A stretch of DNA of 64,000 nucleotides. Origin: Polyangiales bacterium (GTDB lineage Bacteria; Myxococcota_A; Polyangia; Polyangiales; Ga0077539). Location: assembly GCA_044229975.1 (NCBI GenBank), contig JBGARZ010000003.1, forward strand, positions 32,001 to 96,000, written 5' to 3'. Below are positions 41,006 through 53,038 of this stretch, one piece after another. The notes under the pieces are model-generated. The model had not been told where the DNA came from and did no database searches. It worked only from the letters and a program-made list of their open reading frames with translations. How positions within the stretch are numbered: the first letter of the stretch is position 1; the number at the start of each line of letters is the position of its first letter. Both the position numbers and the translations under genes were made by a program.

Positions 41006-41535
41006 AGTTCGAGTCCATTGCAACGCTGGCCGCACCGCGCGCGCGGGTGTTCGCGATCTACCGCGACGAGATGCAGGCGCTTCAACCCTACCTGCCCAAC
41101 ATCCGCAGCATCACCACCACCGAGCGTCGCACCGACGGCGCCATCACCCGGATGAGCAGCGACTGGGCCGCGAGCGCCGAGCTCCCCGCCATCGCGAAGC
41201 GCTTCGTCGACGGCAACGCCACCGGCTGGACCGACCACGCCACCTGGGACGAGTCGCGCTGGACCTGTACGTGGCGCACCGTCCCGCACGCCTTCCGCGA
41301 GGCGGTCACGTCCAACGGCGGCCACGTCTTCGAGGCGATCAACGACAACGAGACGCGCGTCACCGTGACCGGGATCGTCGAGGTCGACGTCGCGAAGATC
41401 GCGGGCGTCCCGCGACTGCTCGCGGGGACGATCCGGCCGGTGGTGGAGACCTTTGTGGTGGGGAGCGTGAGGGACAACCTCGACGCCTTCGCGAAGGCCG
41501 TCGCGCGCTACCTCGCCGAACACCCGGCGAAGTAG
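41002..41535 (+). CDS. SRPBCC/START-fold (DUF2505-like) protein
   Basis: GTGA overlap with the upstream gene; helix-grip pattern APRARVFAIYRD...YLPNI, beta strands, long C-terminal helix. Confidence 0.7.
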   Translation: MKFESIATLAAPRARVFAIYRDEMQALQPYLPNIRSITTTERRTDGAITRMSSDWAASAELPAIAKRFVDGNATGWTDHATWDESRWTCTWRTVPHAFREAVTSNGGHVFEAINDNETRVTVTGIVEVDVAKIAGVPRLLAGTIRPVVETFVVGSVRDNLDAFAKAVARYLAEHPAK

Positions 41536-41548
41536 CCGCGGCGCGGGC

Positions 41549-44269
<2,721 letters not shown>

Positions 44270-44413
44270 GACGGGGCGGTGTCTAGCGTCCGGCGCGGTC
44301 CTGCGTCAACGGACCGTCCCCCCTGAGCGCTCCCGCCCAATGCTGCGGCTGGCTCTCGAAAAACCTCCCCTTCAATGAACCATCGAGCGATGCGGGGCAT
44401 CGACGTGCTCCTG

Positions 44414-47347
44414 ATGAGCACGCGCGCGCTGGGGCTGGGCGGAGTGTTTTTGATCCTCCTCGCAGGTTGCGGGTCCGACCCAGCCGCGATCGCAGAGGGG
44501 ACGATCGGCCCGGCCGGAGGCACGCTGCGGGCAGGCGGAGCGGTGCTGACCGTGCCGGCCGGCGCCTTGTCATCGACCACGGCGTTGACCGTGCGCTGCG
44601 AGGGCTCTGCCCCCGCCGGGTTCGCGAGCAACTCGGCGCTCTGTCACTTCGGGCCCGACGGAACCCGCTTCTCGCTGCCCGTCACCGTGCAGCTTCCTGT
44701 CACAGGCGACACCGCCGCGGCCGCGGTCTGGTGGTCGCGCGACAGCGGCGAGGGATACGACCCGCTGCCGACGACCTTCTCGGAGGGTGCGGCCACGACG
44801 CTCGTCACGCACTTCAGCACCGGCTTCGTCGGGCGCAGGTCGGCCGATGCCGGAACCGACGCTGGGATCGACGCTGGGATCGACGCCTCGATCGACACCA
44901 CGATCGATGCCACCTCGGACGCCTCGACGGACACGCCGATCGATGTCCGAACCGACGTCCCCGTGGGCACCGCCGCGGCGCCGAGGGTGATCGGGCCGCG
45001 CTCTGGATCGCGGGCGATCTCGAACCGACCGCGCGTGCGGTGGGCCTTGCCCGCGGGCGTCACGACGGCCCGGCTGATCTTCTGTCGCGACCACGCGTTG
45101 ACGATGGGATGTGTCGACACGGAAGTGGCTGCCGAGCAGGGCCAACCCGCGACGGCGCTGTCGCCCGGCGTCTGGTTCTGGGGGCTTCGTGGGGTCGCTG
45201 GAGGTCTCCCGGGCGCCGCGCTCAGCGCCGTGTGGCGGCTGACGGTCCCCTCGTCGGCGGGCACGGCCCAGGGCTTCTCGGGGGGCGACTACGACGCCAA
45301 CGGCGACGGCTACGCCGACCTGCTCGACCCCCGCTCCTTGCGTGCTCTCACCGTCGACGTCCTGCTGGGCGGCCCGGGTGGCGTGTCGAGCACGCGGGTT
45401 GTCCGGGTGCCGCAGCCGCTGACCGGCAACGTCGGATCGAACACCGCGGGCGCAGGCGACTTCGATGGCGACGGCTACGGCGACCTCGTGTTTCTCGACG
45501 CACGCGGGCGCCTCCTCGTGATGCGCGGATCGGCCTCCGGCCCCGTTGGCCCGATCGCCACGGTGGTGAGCGACCTGACGGTCCCGGCGGTCGCGGTGAC
45601 GACCTCCGACCTGAACGGCGATGGCCGCGACGACGCGATCGTGGGCAGCACGCTCTGGTTTCCCGGGAGCGCGACGGGCCTCTCGGCCGCGGGGTCGATG
45701 ACGGGGTTCGGCGAGATTCGCCTGCCGGGAGACATCGACGGCGACGGCTTCAACGACCTGCTGGGCCGCGCGACCACCGGGTGGCGGTTGGTCCGCGGCG
45801 CCGCGTCGATGCCCGACTTCGCCACGTCCATGGCCGTCGGCGGCGTTCCCTTCGCGGCGGGCGATTCCAACAACGACGGCTTCGCGGATGTCGTCGTCGA
45901 CGACGTCGTCCGATACGGCAGCGCTGGCGGCCTGGCGCCCGCGAGCTCCGCCAGCCCGCGCACGGGCGTGCCGACCATCACCAACTCGCTGCCGCGGGTC
46001 GCAGACGTCGACCGCGACGGCGACGACGACCTGCTCTGGACCGCGTTCAACACGTACCTCGTACTCGGCGACGCCGCAGGCCGGATCGAAACCCGCGGCG
46101 CGACCACGGACCTCGCAAACCCGGTGCGCTTTGCCGGAGACCTCGACGGCGACGGACAGATCGACCTCTGGCGCAGCGACGTGAGGTCCGACGGGCCGTT
46201 CGAGTTCTCGGTGTTCAGCGGTCCGTTCGACCTGGGCGCGGTCGGCTCAGCCGTGGTGCGCCTTGCACCGCGTATCGACGAGCCGCAGGTCGCGGTCGTC
46301 AGCGTCGGCGACGCCAACGGCGACGGGCGCGCCGACCTGGCCATCGGGCCCGGGCCCGGCGAGACGACGCTTCAGTTCTTTGCCGGCACCGCGACTGGCT
46401 TCGCCGCCCCGCTCGCCATCACCGTGCCCGCGCTTCCCGCTCCCGCGCATGTGATCGCCGCGGGCGATCTCGATCGCGACGGCCTCGCGGACGTCGTGAT
46501 CTCCACCGGCCCGGCCGCGGTTCGCGTCGTCTACGGCGCGCGCAGCAACCTCGGCGGCCGCGCGCGAGACCTCGCGGCGGGCTCCGCCACGACGGGCCTC
46601 GCGATTCCCGTCATGTTGGGTGACGTCGACGGCGACGGGCATCGCGACCTCGTCGTCCTGCCCGGCGGCGACGCGACGCGTGTCCTGCTCTATCGCGGCA
46701 CGGCGACGGGCCCGGCCACGACCGCGACCGACGTCACGGTGTCGTTCACGGACACCCGGACCTGGCTGGGCCGGATCAACGCCGTGGGGGCCGCCGGTGA
46801 CCTCAACGGGGATCACTTCAACGACGTGGTGTTCGACATCCAGGTGGCCGGTACCTTCGGCTTCAACGACGCCTATGTGTTCTACGGGTCCGCGACCGGA
46901 CTGACCCAGGGCCCCAGAGTCGGCACGGATGCCTTCGGCTATGCCCCGTCGCGGGCGCCCGGCCCGCTGGGTGACATCGACGGCGATGGCCGGAGCGAGG
47001 CGATGGTGAGCGGGCGCACGTATGGCGTCGAGGGCACCACGCAGCCCGACTTCGCGGGCGCCATCACCGTGCCCGCGGGGGACTTCGACGGTGACGGCGT
47101 CGACGATGTGCTCCTGTCGTCGTCGGGATTGCAGGTGCGCGCGGGAGGGGCCGGTCCGCTCACGCGCGTTCTCCGCGAGTGGCCGAGTGGCGCCACGGCG
47201 ACGGCCCGCTACCCGCAGCCGATGACGACCGTCCCCGACCTCGATGGCGATCACCGTCCCGAGGTCGTGGCCACGACGCGGTTCGGGACCGAGCTCCTCT
47301 ACTCGCTGGTCCCCGCGGCCCAGGCCGCGTGGCGTTCGCTCCCGTAG
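44414..47347 (+). CDS. FG-GAP/VCBS-repeat lipoprotein with ZU5-like N-terminal domain
   Basis: Lipobox LAGC; TIGPAGGTL...VPAGAL...FGPDGTRF...HFS ZU5-like segment; more than ten GDxDGDGxxD Ca-binding repeats; alternative start at 44375. Confidence 0.85.
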   Translation: MSTRALGLGGVFLILLAGCGSDPAAIAEGTIGPAGGTLRAGGAVLTVPAGALSSTTALTVRCEGSAPAGFASNSALCHFGPDGTRFSLPVTVQLPVTGDTAAAAVWWSRDSGEGYDPLPTTFSEGAATTLVTHFSTGFVGRRSADAGTDAGIDAGIDASIDTTIDATSDASTDTPIDVRTDVPVGTAAAPRVIGPRSGSRAISNRPRVRWALPAGVTTARLIFCRDHALTMGCVDTEVAAEQGQPATALSPGVWFWGLRGVAGGLPGAALSAVWRLTVPSSAGTAQGFSGGDYDANGDGYADLLDPRSLRALTVDVLLGGPGGVSSTRVVRVPQPLTGNVGSNTAGAGDFDGDGYGDLVFLDARGRLLVMRGSASGPVGPIATVVSDLTVPAVAVTTSDLNGDGRDDAIVGSTLWFPGSATGLSAAGSMTGFGEIRLPGDIDGDGFNDLLGRATTGWRLVRGAASMPDFATSMAVGGVPFAAGDSNNDGFADVVVDDVVRYGSAGGLAPASSASPRTGVPTITNSLPRVADVDRDGDDDLLWTAFNTYLVLGDAAGRIETRGATTDLANPVRFAGDLDGDGQIDLWRSDVRSDGPFEFSVFSGPFDLGAVGSAVVRLAPRIDEPQVAVVSVGDANGDGRADLAIGPGPGETTLQFFAGTATGFAAPLAITVPALPAPAHVIAAGDLDRDGLADVVISTGPAAVRVVYGARSNLGGRARDLAAGSATTGLAIPVMLGDVDGDGHRDLVVLPGGDATRVLLYRGTATGPATTATDVTVSFTDTRTWLGRINAVGAAGDLNGDHFNDVVFDIQVAGTFGFNDAYVFYGSATGLTQGPRVGTDAFGYAPSRAPGPLGDIDGDGRSEAMVSGRTYGVEGTTQPDFAGAITVPAGDFDGDGVDDVLLSSSGLQVRAGGAGPLTRVLREWPSGATATARYPQPMTTVPDLDGDHRPEVVATTRFGTELLYSLVPAAQAAWRSLP
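44858..44930 (+). repeat. Degenerate 12-bp tandem repeat encoding DAGI/DASI linker
   Basis: GACGCTGGGATC GACGCTGGGATC GACGCCTCGATC GACACCACGATC... Confidence 0.8.
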
Positions 47348-47348
47348 T

Positions 47349-48656
47349 TCAGCCCTGGGCGGGCAGGAAGCGCGCGAGCCCCTGATGCCGCGGGGTGAGC
47401 TTGCCGCCCGCCACCACGACCGCGTTCTGCAGCGCGGACGGGAGTCCGCCGACCCCGTCGGAGTACGTCGCCTCGTAAAACGTCTTCACGTAGGGGATGA
47501 GCGCGCGGCTGAAGTCGAAGCTCGCGTCGCGGGGTAGCGCGCATGGCAGGTTGTCCACCGACATGATCGCGACGCCTTCGCCCGTCACGCCCACGGTCGC
47601 CTTGCGGGTGGCCGGGTCGTAGACAAACGCGGGCTCGTCGTTTTGCGTCGCCATGACGGTCCACTCGATGCCGCCATCGATGTCGCAGGACACGTCGCCC
47701 AGCGCGGGCGGGAGTGTCCCCTCGGCGTACATCCGCCGCAGCGTGGAGTCGTCGAGGATGCGCGGGAAGCGCGCGTCCCAGTAGATGCCGTTGATCACCG
47801 CGCGGCAGTACGGCAGGTACATCGCGCCGACGTTGAGGTAGCGGCTCGGGTGCGCGAGGTAGTGCTCGAAGTCGAAGCGCCGCGTGCCCGCCGTGACGAA
47901 GAGGTCACCGCCGTGCACGTGCATCACCCGCAGCGTGCGGTCGTCGGGAGAGTCCGTCGGCAGCGAGATGGCCTCGTTGACCGTGCACGGAATGGCGCCC
48001 ACCAGCTCCAGGTACTCCAGCGCGCCCTTGGACACGCGGCCGTCGCCGGTCACCGCCACCACGAAGGGCGTCAGCGCCGCAGGGCCTTCCTTGCGCAGCT
48101 CGGCGAGGAGCCCCTTGGTGTGCTCCACCATCTCCGCGAGGTCGCGGTACTCCACCGCGTGGCGGATACCCGTCAGCGGCGACGGGTGGCCCAACGCGGC
48201 CAGGCGGTGCGCCAGCGTCCACAGCGTCTCGTGGGCGCCCGCGAGGCCCGCGTAGCGACCGAAGGCCACCTGCCGAACGCCCGCGTCGTCGACGATCACC
48301 TCGTAGTCGATGAGCGTCGAGCCCTGGTCGATGAAGTGCTGGAGCAGCGGCATGTTGTGCGACTGCCCCTTGATGGTGTGCGAGAAGCACATGACCACCT
48401 GCCCGGGCTTCACCTGCGAGGTCTTCACCTCCTTCACGCCGATGATGAAGCGGCAGTCCGTCGCGTCATCGACCAGCGTCGCGCCCGCGGCCTCGAACTC
48501 CGCGTCGACCAGCGCCCGCGTCGGCGAGCGCTCGACCCGCACCGCGATGCCGCCCGCGACGAGGCCCCGCACCTCCGCCGGCACGAGCGGAACGCGCCGC
48601 TCCCACTTGTTCTTCGTCTCTCGCAGGATCCCGATCGCGTTGCGCAGTTCGCTCAT
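47349..48656 (-). CDS. Lysine-ketoglutarate reductase/saccharopine dehydrogenase-like enzyme (AlaDh/PNT fold)
   Basis: RETKNKWERRVPL, GVKE, FSHTIKGQSHNM, LIDYE, AFGRYAG, NGIYWD..FPR, DVSCDIDGGIE, VDNLPCALPRDAS. Confidence 0.88.
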   Translation of the reverse strand: MSELRNAIGILRETKNKWERRVPLVPAEVRGLVAGGIAVRVERSPTRALVDAEFEAAGATLVDDATDCRFIIGVKEVKTSQVKPGQVVMCFSHTIKGQSHNMPLLQHFIDQGSTLIDYEVIVDDAGVRQVAFGRYAGLAGAHETLWTLAHRLAALGHPSPLTGIRHAVEYRDLAEMVEHTKGLLAELRKEGPAALTPFVVAVTGDGRVSKGALEYLELVGAIPCTVNEAISLPTDSPDDRTLRVMHVHGGDLFVTAGTRRFDFEHYLAHPSRYLNVGAMYLPYCRAVINGIYWDARFPRILDDSTLRRMYAEGTLPPALGDVSCDIDGGIEWTVMATQNDEPAFVYDPATRKATVGVTGEGVAIMSVDNLPCALPRDASFDFSRALIPYVKTFYEATYSDGVGGLPSALQNAVVVAGGKLTPRHQGLARFLPAQG

Positions 48657-48689
48657 GGCCGCGGCACTGTCACCAAGCTGCCCCGTCGG

Positions 48690-49004
48690 TCAAGAGCCCT
48701 GCTTCGTTGCCTCGCGCGCCGCGACCGGCGGGTGCTCGTGCCCGTGGTCCTGCCCGTCGCCGTGATCGTGGTCCGCGACGGGCTTCGCGCCCTGCGGCTT
48801 CAGGCTGACGGACGTCCCCTCGGGCAGCGACCCCAGCGGCATCCCCAGGAGCTCCTCGGCCATCTCCTTCAGGTCATGCCGGTGCTCGTGGGGCATCTCG
48901 TCCTCCGGAACCTCCACGTCGATGACCAGCGACACCTTGCCCGTCACCGCGTCGTGCCGGTAGCGCAGCGTCACCCGCCGTTGGTTCTGTCGGCCTTCCT
49001 TCAT
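48690..49004 (-). CDS. Small protein resembling FtsH ternary system domain X3
   Basis: LRYRHDAVTGK...EDEMPHEH motif; His-rich tail; ATGA overlap with the upstream gene. Confidence 0.6.
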   Translation of the reverse strand: MKEGRQNQRRVTLRYRHDAVTGKVSLVIDVEVPEDEMPHEHRHDLKEMAEELLGMPLGSLPEGTSVSLKPQGAKPVADHDHGDGQDHGHEHPPVAAREATKQGS

Positions 49005-49585
49005 GCCTTCACCACCACCGTGACCTCGTAGCCACCACGAACATCCCCCCGCTCGTCCACGCTCTCCACCTCGCCGAGCTGCCGCGCCCGCTCCTCCAGC
49101 GCCCGCCGGTACACCCGGTTGAGGGCCTCTTGAAGCGCCGCGCGCACGGCGGGCTCTTCCTTCGTCAGCGCCGCCGCGTTGTCCGCCTCGATCTTCGCCT
49201 CGGCGCGCTTGCGCTCCTGCTCCAGCGCCCTCTCGGCCGCGGAGTTGGCCTTCGCGAGGGCCTTCTTCTCGTCGCCGTCCCTCACCGTCGCCGAGCCCGA
49301 TGCCGTCACCGTCACGTCGCCCGCGCGGCGCACCGTCACCGTCGTCGCCGCGGCGTCGAGCGAGGCCGTCACCTCGCCAAACACCCGGGTCATGGTGCCA
49401 TCGGCCTGAGCCTCCCAGCCCTGCGCGGCGAGCACCTCCCGCAGCGTCACGCCCATCGCGTCGCCCGCAAGTAGTGGGAGCATCCGCACCGCGATCTCCA
49501 CCCGGTCCTCGACGTGAACGGTGTCGGTCAGGTTGTCGGAGCGCACGGTGCGGGCCAGGGGCTCCCACTCCAGATCGAGCAGCAT
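49001..49585 (-). CDS. Protein resembling FtsH ternary system domain X5 (alpha/beta + coiled coil)
   Basis: MLPLL...LREVLAAQGW, C-terminal ALNRVYRRALEERARQLGEVESV...VTVVVKA; start uncertain. Confidence 0.6.
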   Translation of the reverse strand: MLLDLEWEPLARTVRSDNLTDTVHVEDRVEIAVRMLPLLAGDAMGVTLREVLAAQGWEAQADGTMTRVFGEVTASLDAAATTVTVRRAGDVTVTASGSATVRDGDEKKALAKANSAAERALEQERKRAEAKIEADNAAALTKEEPAVRAALQEALNRVYRRALEERARQLGEVESVDERGDVRGGYEVTVVVKA

Positions 49586-49685
49586 TCCACACGTCATGGC
49601 GTCGACGTCCGCGGTACCACGCAGCCGCGTTCGTCGCACGCGACCGGTGGTGTCCGCGGTGCCTCCCACAGTACAAATGCGCCCC

Positions 49686-50387
49686 ATGTCCGACGAGACC
49701 ACGGCCCCCGCGACGCGGCACCTCCGCTACTTCGACCTCATCGTCGGGGTGTTCGTCACCGCGCTCATCACGAGCAACCTGGTCGCGGCCAAGGTCGCGC
49801 AGATCGGGCCCTTCGTGATGGGCTGCGGCATCTTCGTCTTCCCCATCTCGTACATCTTCGGCGACGTCCTCACCGAGGTGTACGGCTACGCCCGCAGCCG
49901 CCGCGTCATCTGGATCGGCTTCGGCTGCGGCGTCCTCACGTCGCTGGTCTTCTTCGTCGCCGACGTCATGCCCCCGGCCCCGGCGTGGCACGACCAGGCC
50001 GCGTTTCACACCATCCTGGGGCAGCTCCCGCGCGTGGTCGCGGCGAGCCTCGTGGCCTACGTGGTGGGGGAGTTCTTCAACAGCTTCGTGCTCGCGAAGC
50101 TCAAGGTGCTCACCAAGGGCAAGCACCTGTGGATGCGAACCATCGGCTCGACGCTCGTGGGCCAAGGGGTCGACAGCGCGGTGTTCTATCCGCTCGCATT
50201 TATCGGGCAGTGGCCGCTCGCCACGGTGATCACCGTGGCCTGGCACAACTACCTCATCAAGGTCGCCGTCGAGACGCTCTTCACGCCGCTCACCTACCTG
50301 GTCGTCAACTATCTGAAGCGCGCCGAACACGAAGACGTCTTCGACACCACGACGGACTTCAACCCCCTCAAGCTCTCGTCGGATTGA
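49686..50387 (+). CDS. Queuosine precursor transporter (YhhQ/VUT family)
   Basis: SNLVAAK, FPISYIFGDVLTEVYGY, ASLVAY, RTIGSTLVGQGVDS. Confidence 0.92.
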   Translation: MSDETTAPATRHLRYFDLIVGVFVTALITSNLVAAKVAQIGPFVMGCGIFVFPISYIFGDVLTEVYGYARSRRVIWIGFGCGVLTSLVFFVADVMPPAPAWHDQAAFHTILGQLPRVVAASLVAYVVGEFFNSFVLAKLKVLTKGKHLWMRTIGSTLVGQGVDSAVFYPLAFIGQWPLATVITVAWHNYLIKVAVETLFTPLTYLVVNYLKRAEHEDVFDTTTDFNPLKLSSD

Positions 50388-50483
50388 CCACGGTCACGGA
50401 GCGAGACTCGCGGCGCGACGCAATCTGAGGTACTCGCTTCGTCGCGCCCGAACTCCTTCTCCTGCCGACGGTAGCCAAGACCC

Positions 50484-51326
50484 ATGCGCTCCACCTCCTC
50501 TCTTCGCGTTGTCCTGATGTGCCTCGGTGTGCTCGGGGGCTGTGGCTCCACCGCGGGGACAGGCTTCCCTGAAGACGACGCGGCCATGGGCGACGACGTG
50601 GCCGCCGACGCAGGCGATGCGGGGAGCGCGGCCGACGATGCCAGCGCCACTGATGATGCGAGCATCGCCGACGATGCGAGCGACGCGGCCGACGCCGCGG
50701 TGGACGCGCGCGACGCGGGCGCTGATGCCGGCGACGCGAGCGACGCCACCGATGTCATCACGCCGACCATCGACCTCGGACCGTTTCCCACCGACCTCGG
50801 CACGCCGACGAGCGACCGCGGCAGCGCGACCAACGATCTCGGCAGCCCGACGGACGGAGGCGTCATCGGCACCGACGTCGTGGTCTCCGTCGATTCGTCG
50901 ACGACGGACGACACCGGACCGATCACCTCGACCGACGGCGGCATGTCCATGGTCGACACGGGCCCGGTTGGGCCGACCGATCGCGGCCCGATCCTGATGT
51001 GCCCGTCGACGTGCGCCACGGACGTTGACTGCAACCCCTGCCGCACCTCGGCCGATCCGCCGAGCGTTCGCTACTGCTGCCTGAGCGCGCTCTGCATCTC
51101 GATGACCGGGATGTGCCCCGAGATGGGCGATAGCGGCACTCGCGACGGCGGCATCGGCACCGACGGTGGCATCGGCGGCTTCGATGGCGGCATCGGCGGT
51201 GGTCGCGACGGTGGCATCGGCGGCGTGGACGGTGGGCTTGGCGGCCTCATCGACAGCGGCCTGGGCGGCGGCGTCGACGGTGGCCTCGGCGGCGGCCGCG
51301 ACGCGGGCGGCGGCGGTCCGGGCTGA
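50484..51326 (+). CDS. Low-complexity lipoprotein: Asp/Ala-rich stalk, 7-Cys mini-domain, GGxDGG-repeat tail
   Basis: Lipobox LGGC; DAA/DAG repeats; CPSTCATDVDCNPC...CCLSALC...C; C-terminal DGG repeats. Confidence 0.7.
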   Translation: MRSTSSLRVVLMCLGVLGGCGSTAGTGFPEDDAAMGDDVAADAGDAGSAADDASATDDASIADDASDAADAAVDARDAGADAGDASDATDVITPTIDLGPFPTDLGTPTSDRGSATNDLGSPTDGGVIGTDVVVSVDSSTTDDTGPITSTDGGMSMVDTGPVGPTDRGPILMCPSTCATDVDCNPCRTSADPPSVRYCCLSALCISMTGMCPEMGDSGTRDGGIGTDGGIGGFDGGIGGGRDGGIGGVDGGLGGLIDSGLGGGVDGGLGGGRDAGGGGPG

Positions 51327-51332
51327 GGCGCT

Positions 51333-52304
51333 CTACGGCGGCGCGACAAAGCGCGCGCACGCTCCCTCGATGACTCCGAGAGCGTCCCGGAAAAACGCCG
51401 AGTAGTCGCTCGAACACACGTCCCCGACGAAGCCGTTGTCTCCAAAGCGCCGCGTGAAGCCCAACAGGCGCGCGGCCGGAACGGCGCCGCACGGATTGTC
51501 CGCCCGCCGCCCGATGAGCGACAGCACGACGATGTTGTCGCTCATCCCTCCGCGCGCGGTGACGAGCTCGCGCACCCAGTCGTCGGGGGTTCCGCCCGAG
51601 GCGTTGGACATGCAGCGGGTGCCGTCGCAGCCGTCGGGTACGTCGTCCTCGTCGCTGATGAGCACCACCACGAGCAACGAGCCGCGCCGCGCAAAGCCCT
51701 CGTTGCAGGCACCCGGCGCGTTGATGGCGGGACGCACGGCGTTGAGCAGCGCGCGCATCATCCGCTCGTCGTCCGAGCCGCCCACCCCGACCTGTGCCGC
51801 GCAGGCGAAGCGGGCCGTGAGGTCGGGTTCGGCCTCGGTGAGGTACGCGCCGCCGCTCGCGAAGGGCCCGCACACCCGACGGCTCGACTCGGGCCCGGTG
51901 GTCTGCGTGACGAGGCTGCCGATGCCCTCGCAGCCCGCGCGGGTGCCGTAGTAGTCGTCCGACGGGACGACCCCGATGTGGTAGTTCGACGCGAAGCGCA
52001 GCCGGTCGCGCACCCCTTGGATGAAGCCCGGGAAGCTCGCGATGAGGCTGCGCTGGTTGTCGGCCATGCTCCCCGAGTTGTCGATCACGAAGAGCAGGTC
52101 GACCTGGGTGCATGCGTTGATGCGCCCGAGGTCTTCGGCGCCGCGATCGGGCACCGCGATGGCGTCGCGGGTCACCGCACGATCGTCGACGGCGAGCGCA
52201 TCGACGGCGCCCCCGTCGCGCGCGACGAAGCCCGCGGGATCGTCGGCGCAAGCGAGCAGCAACGACGCGACACAACCAGTGAGCGAGAGCGAACGCACAC
52301 CCAT
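51333..52304 (-). CDS. VWA-domain lipoprotein
   Basis: Lipobox LLAC; MIDAS VDLLFVIDNSGSM; LVVVLISDEDD; multiple Cys. Confidence 0.82.
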   Translation of the reverse strand: MGVRSLSLTGCVASLLLACADDPAGFVARDGGAVDALAVDDRAVTRDAIAVPDRGAEDLGRINACTQVDLLFVIDNSGSMADNQRSLIASFPGFIQGVRDRLRFASNYHIGVVPSDDYYGTRAGCEGIGSLVTQTTGPESSRRVCGPFASGGAYLTEAEPDLTARFACAAQVGVGGSDDERMMRALLNAVRPAINAPGACNEGFARRGSLLVVVLISDEDDVPDGCDGTRCMSNASGGTPDDWVRELVTARGGMSDNIVVLSLIGRRADNPCGAVPAARLLGFTRRFGDNGFVGDVCSSDYSAFFRDALGVIEGACARFVAPP

Positions 52305-52389
52305 GGTGACCCTCGCGGCGAGGATACCCACTCGCGGGCGCGCGGTGCGAGCGCTTGACGCCGCCTGTCGACGGTGACCGACTCGCCTG

Positions 52390-53010
52390 ATGAGCGAAGC
52401 ATCGTCACCGCGCACCGAGGCCAGCGCCCCCGTCGAAGAGAAGATGGTCACCGACCCATCGCGGGTGCGGCACCGCGACAAGCACGTCGCCCGAACCGCG
52501 GCGGTGCTGATGATCCCGATGGCCCTGCTCGCGCTGCTCGCCACCGTGGCCGTCGCGAGCGGCGCCGACCCGGCCGCGCCCCGGCTCGCCGCGCTCATCC
52601 CCTTCGCTGGCTTCCTGGGAACGCTCTACATGCTCCTCACGCGGATGGTCGTGCGCAGCGCCGTCACCCGCGACGAGGTTCAGGTGCAATGGGGGCTCAG
52701 CGAGCACCGCATCCCGCTCGCCGCCATCACAGCGTGCGAAGCGAAACCCGCGACCGGCGGACCGACCGCTGCCACGGGCGCGGGCTGGGCGCTCTTCGCC
52801 AACCGCGGCTCCGTGCTGATCACCTGGAGCGAAGGCGGCACCTCGAAGTCACTGTCCTTCCCCGCCAACGACCCCGTCACCGTCGCCGCGCAGATCGAAG
52901 CCGCGCGCGGCGGACAGGCGTCGGGCGTGCGGGTCGCCGCGGATGCCGACGAGGCCCTCGCCGTGGAGGCAGGGGCGGAGGCATCGCGCGAGGCCCGCGC
53001 GCGTCGTTAG
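52390..53010 (+). CDS. Two-TM membrane protein with bacterial PH-like C-terminal domain
   Basis: Two hydrophobic helices followed by VTRDEVQVQWG...RIPLAAI pattern. Confidence 0.6.
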   Translation: MSEASSPRTEASAPVEEKMVTDPSRVRHRDKHVARTAAVLMIPMALLALLATVAVASGADPAAPRLAALIPFAGFLGTLYMLLTRMVVRSAVTRDEVQVQWGLSEHRIPLAAITACEAKPATGGPTAATGAGWALFANRGSVLITWSEGGTSKSLSFPANDPVTVAAQIEAARGGQASGVRVAADADEALAVEAGAEASREARARR

Positions 53011-53038
53011 GAGGAGAGAGAAGGGGAGAGACGGTCGG

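Noticed and set aside
49586..49685. preQ1 riboswitch upstream of the queuosine precursor transporter
   Set aside because: No preQ1-I hairpin/A-rich tail consensus visible; the region is short and shared with a divergent gene
51140..51320. GGC-rich repeat array
   Set aside because: Coding low-complexity Gly/Asp tail of the lipoprotein, not a non-coding array
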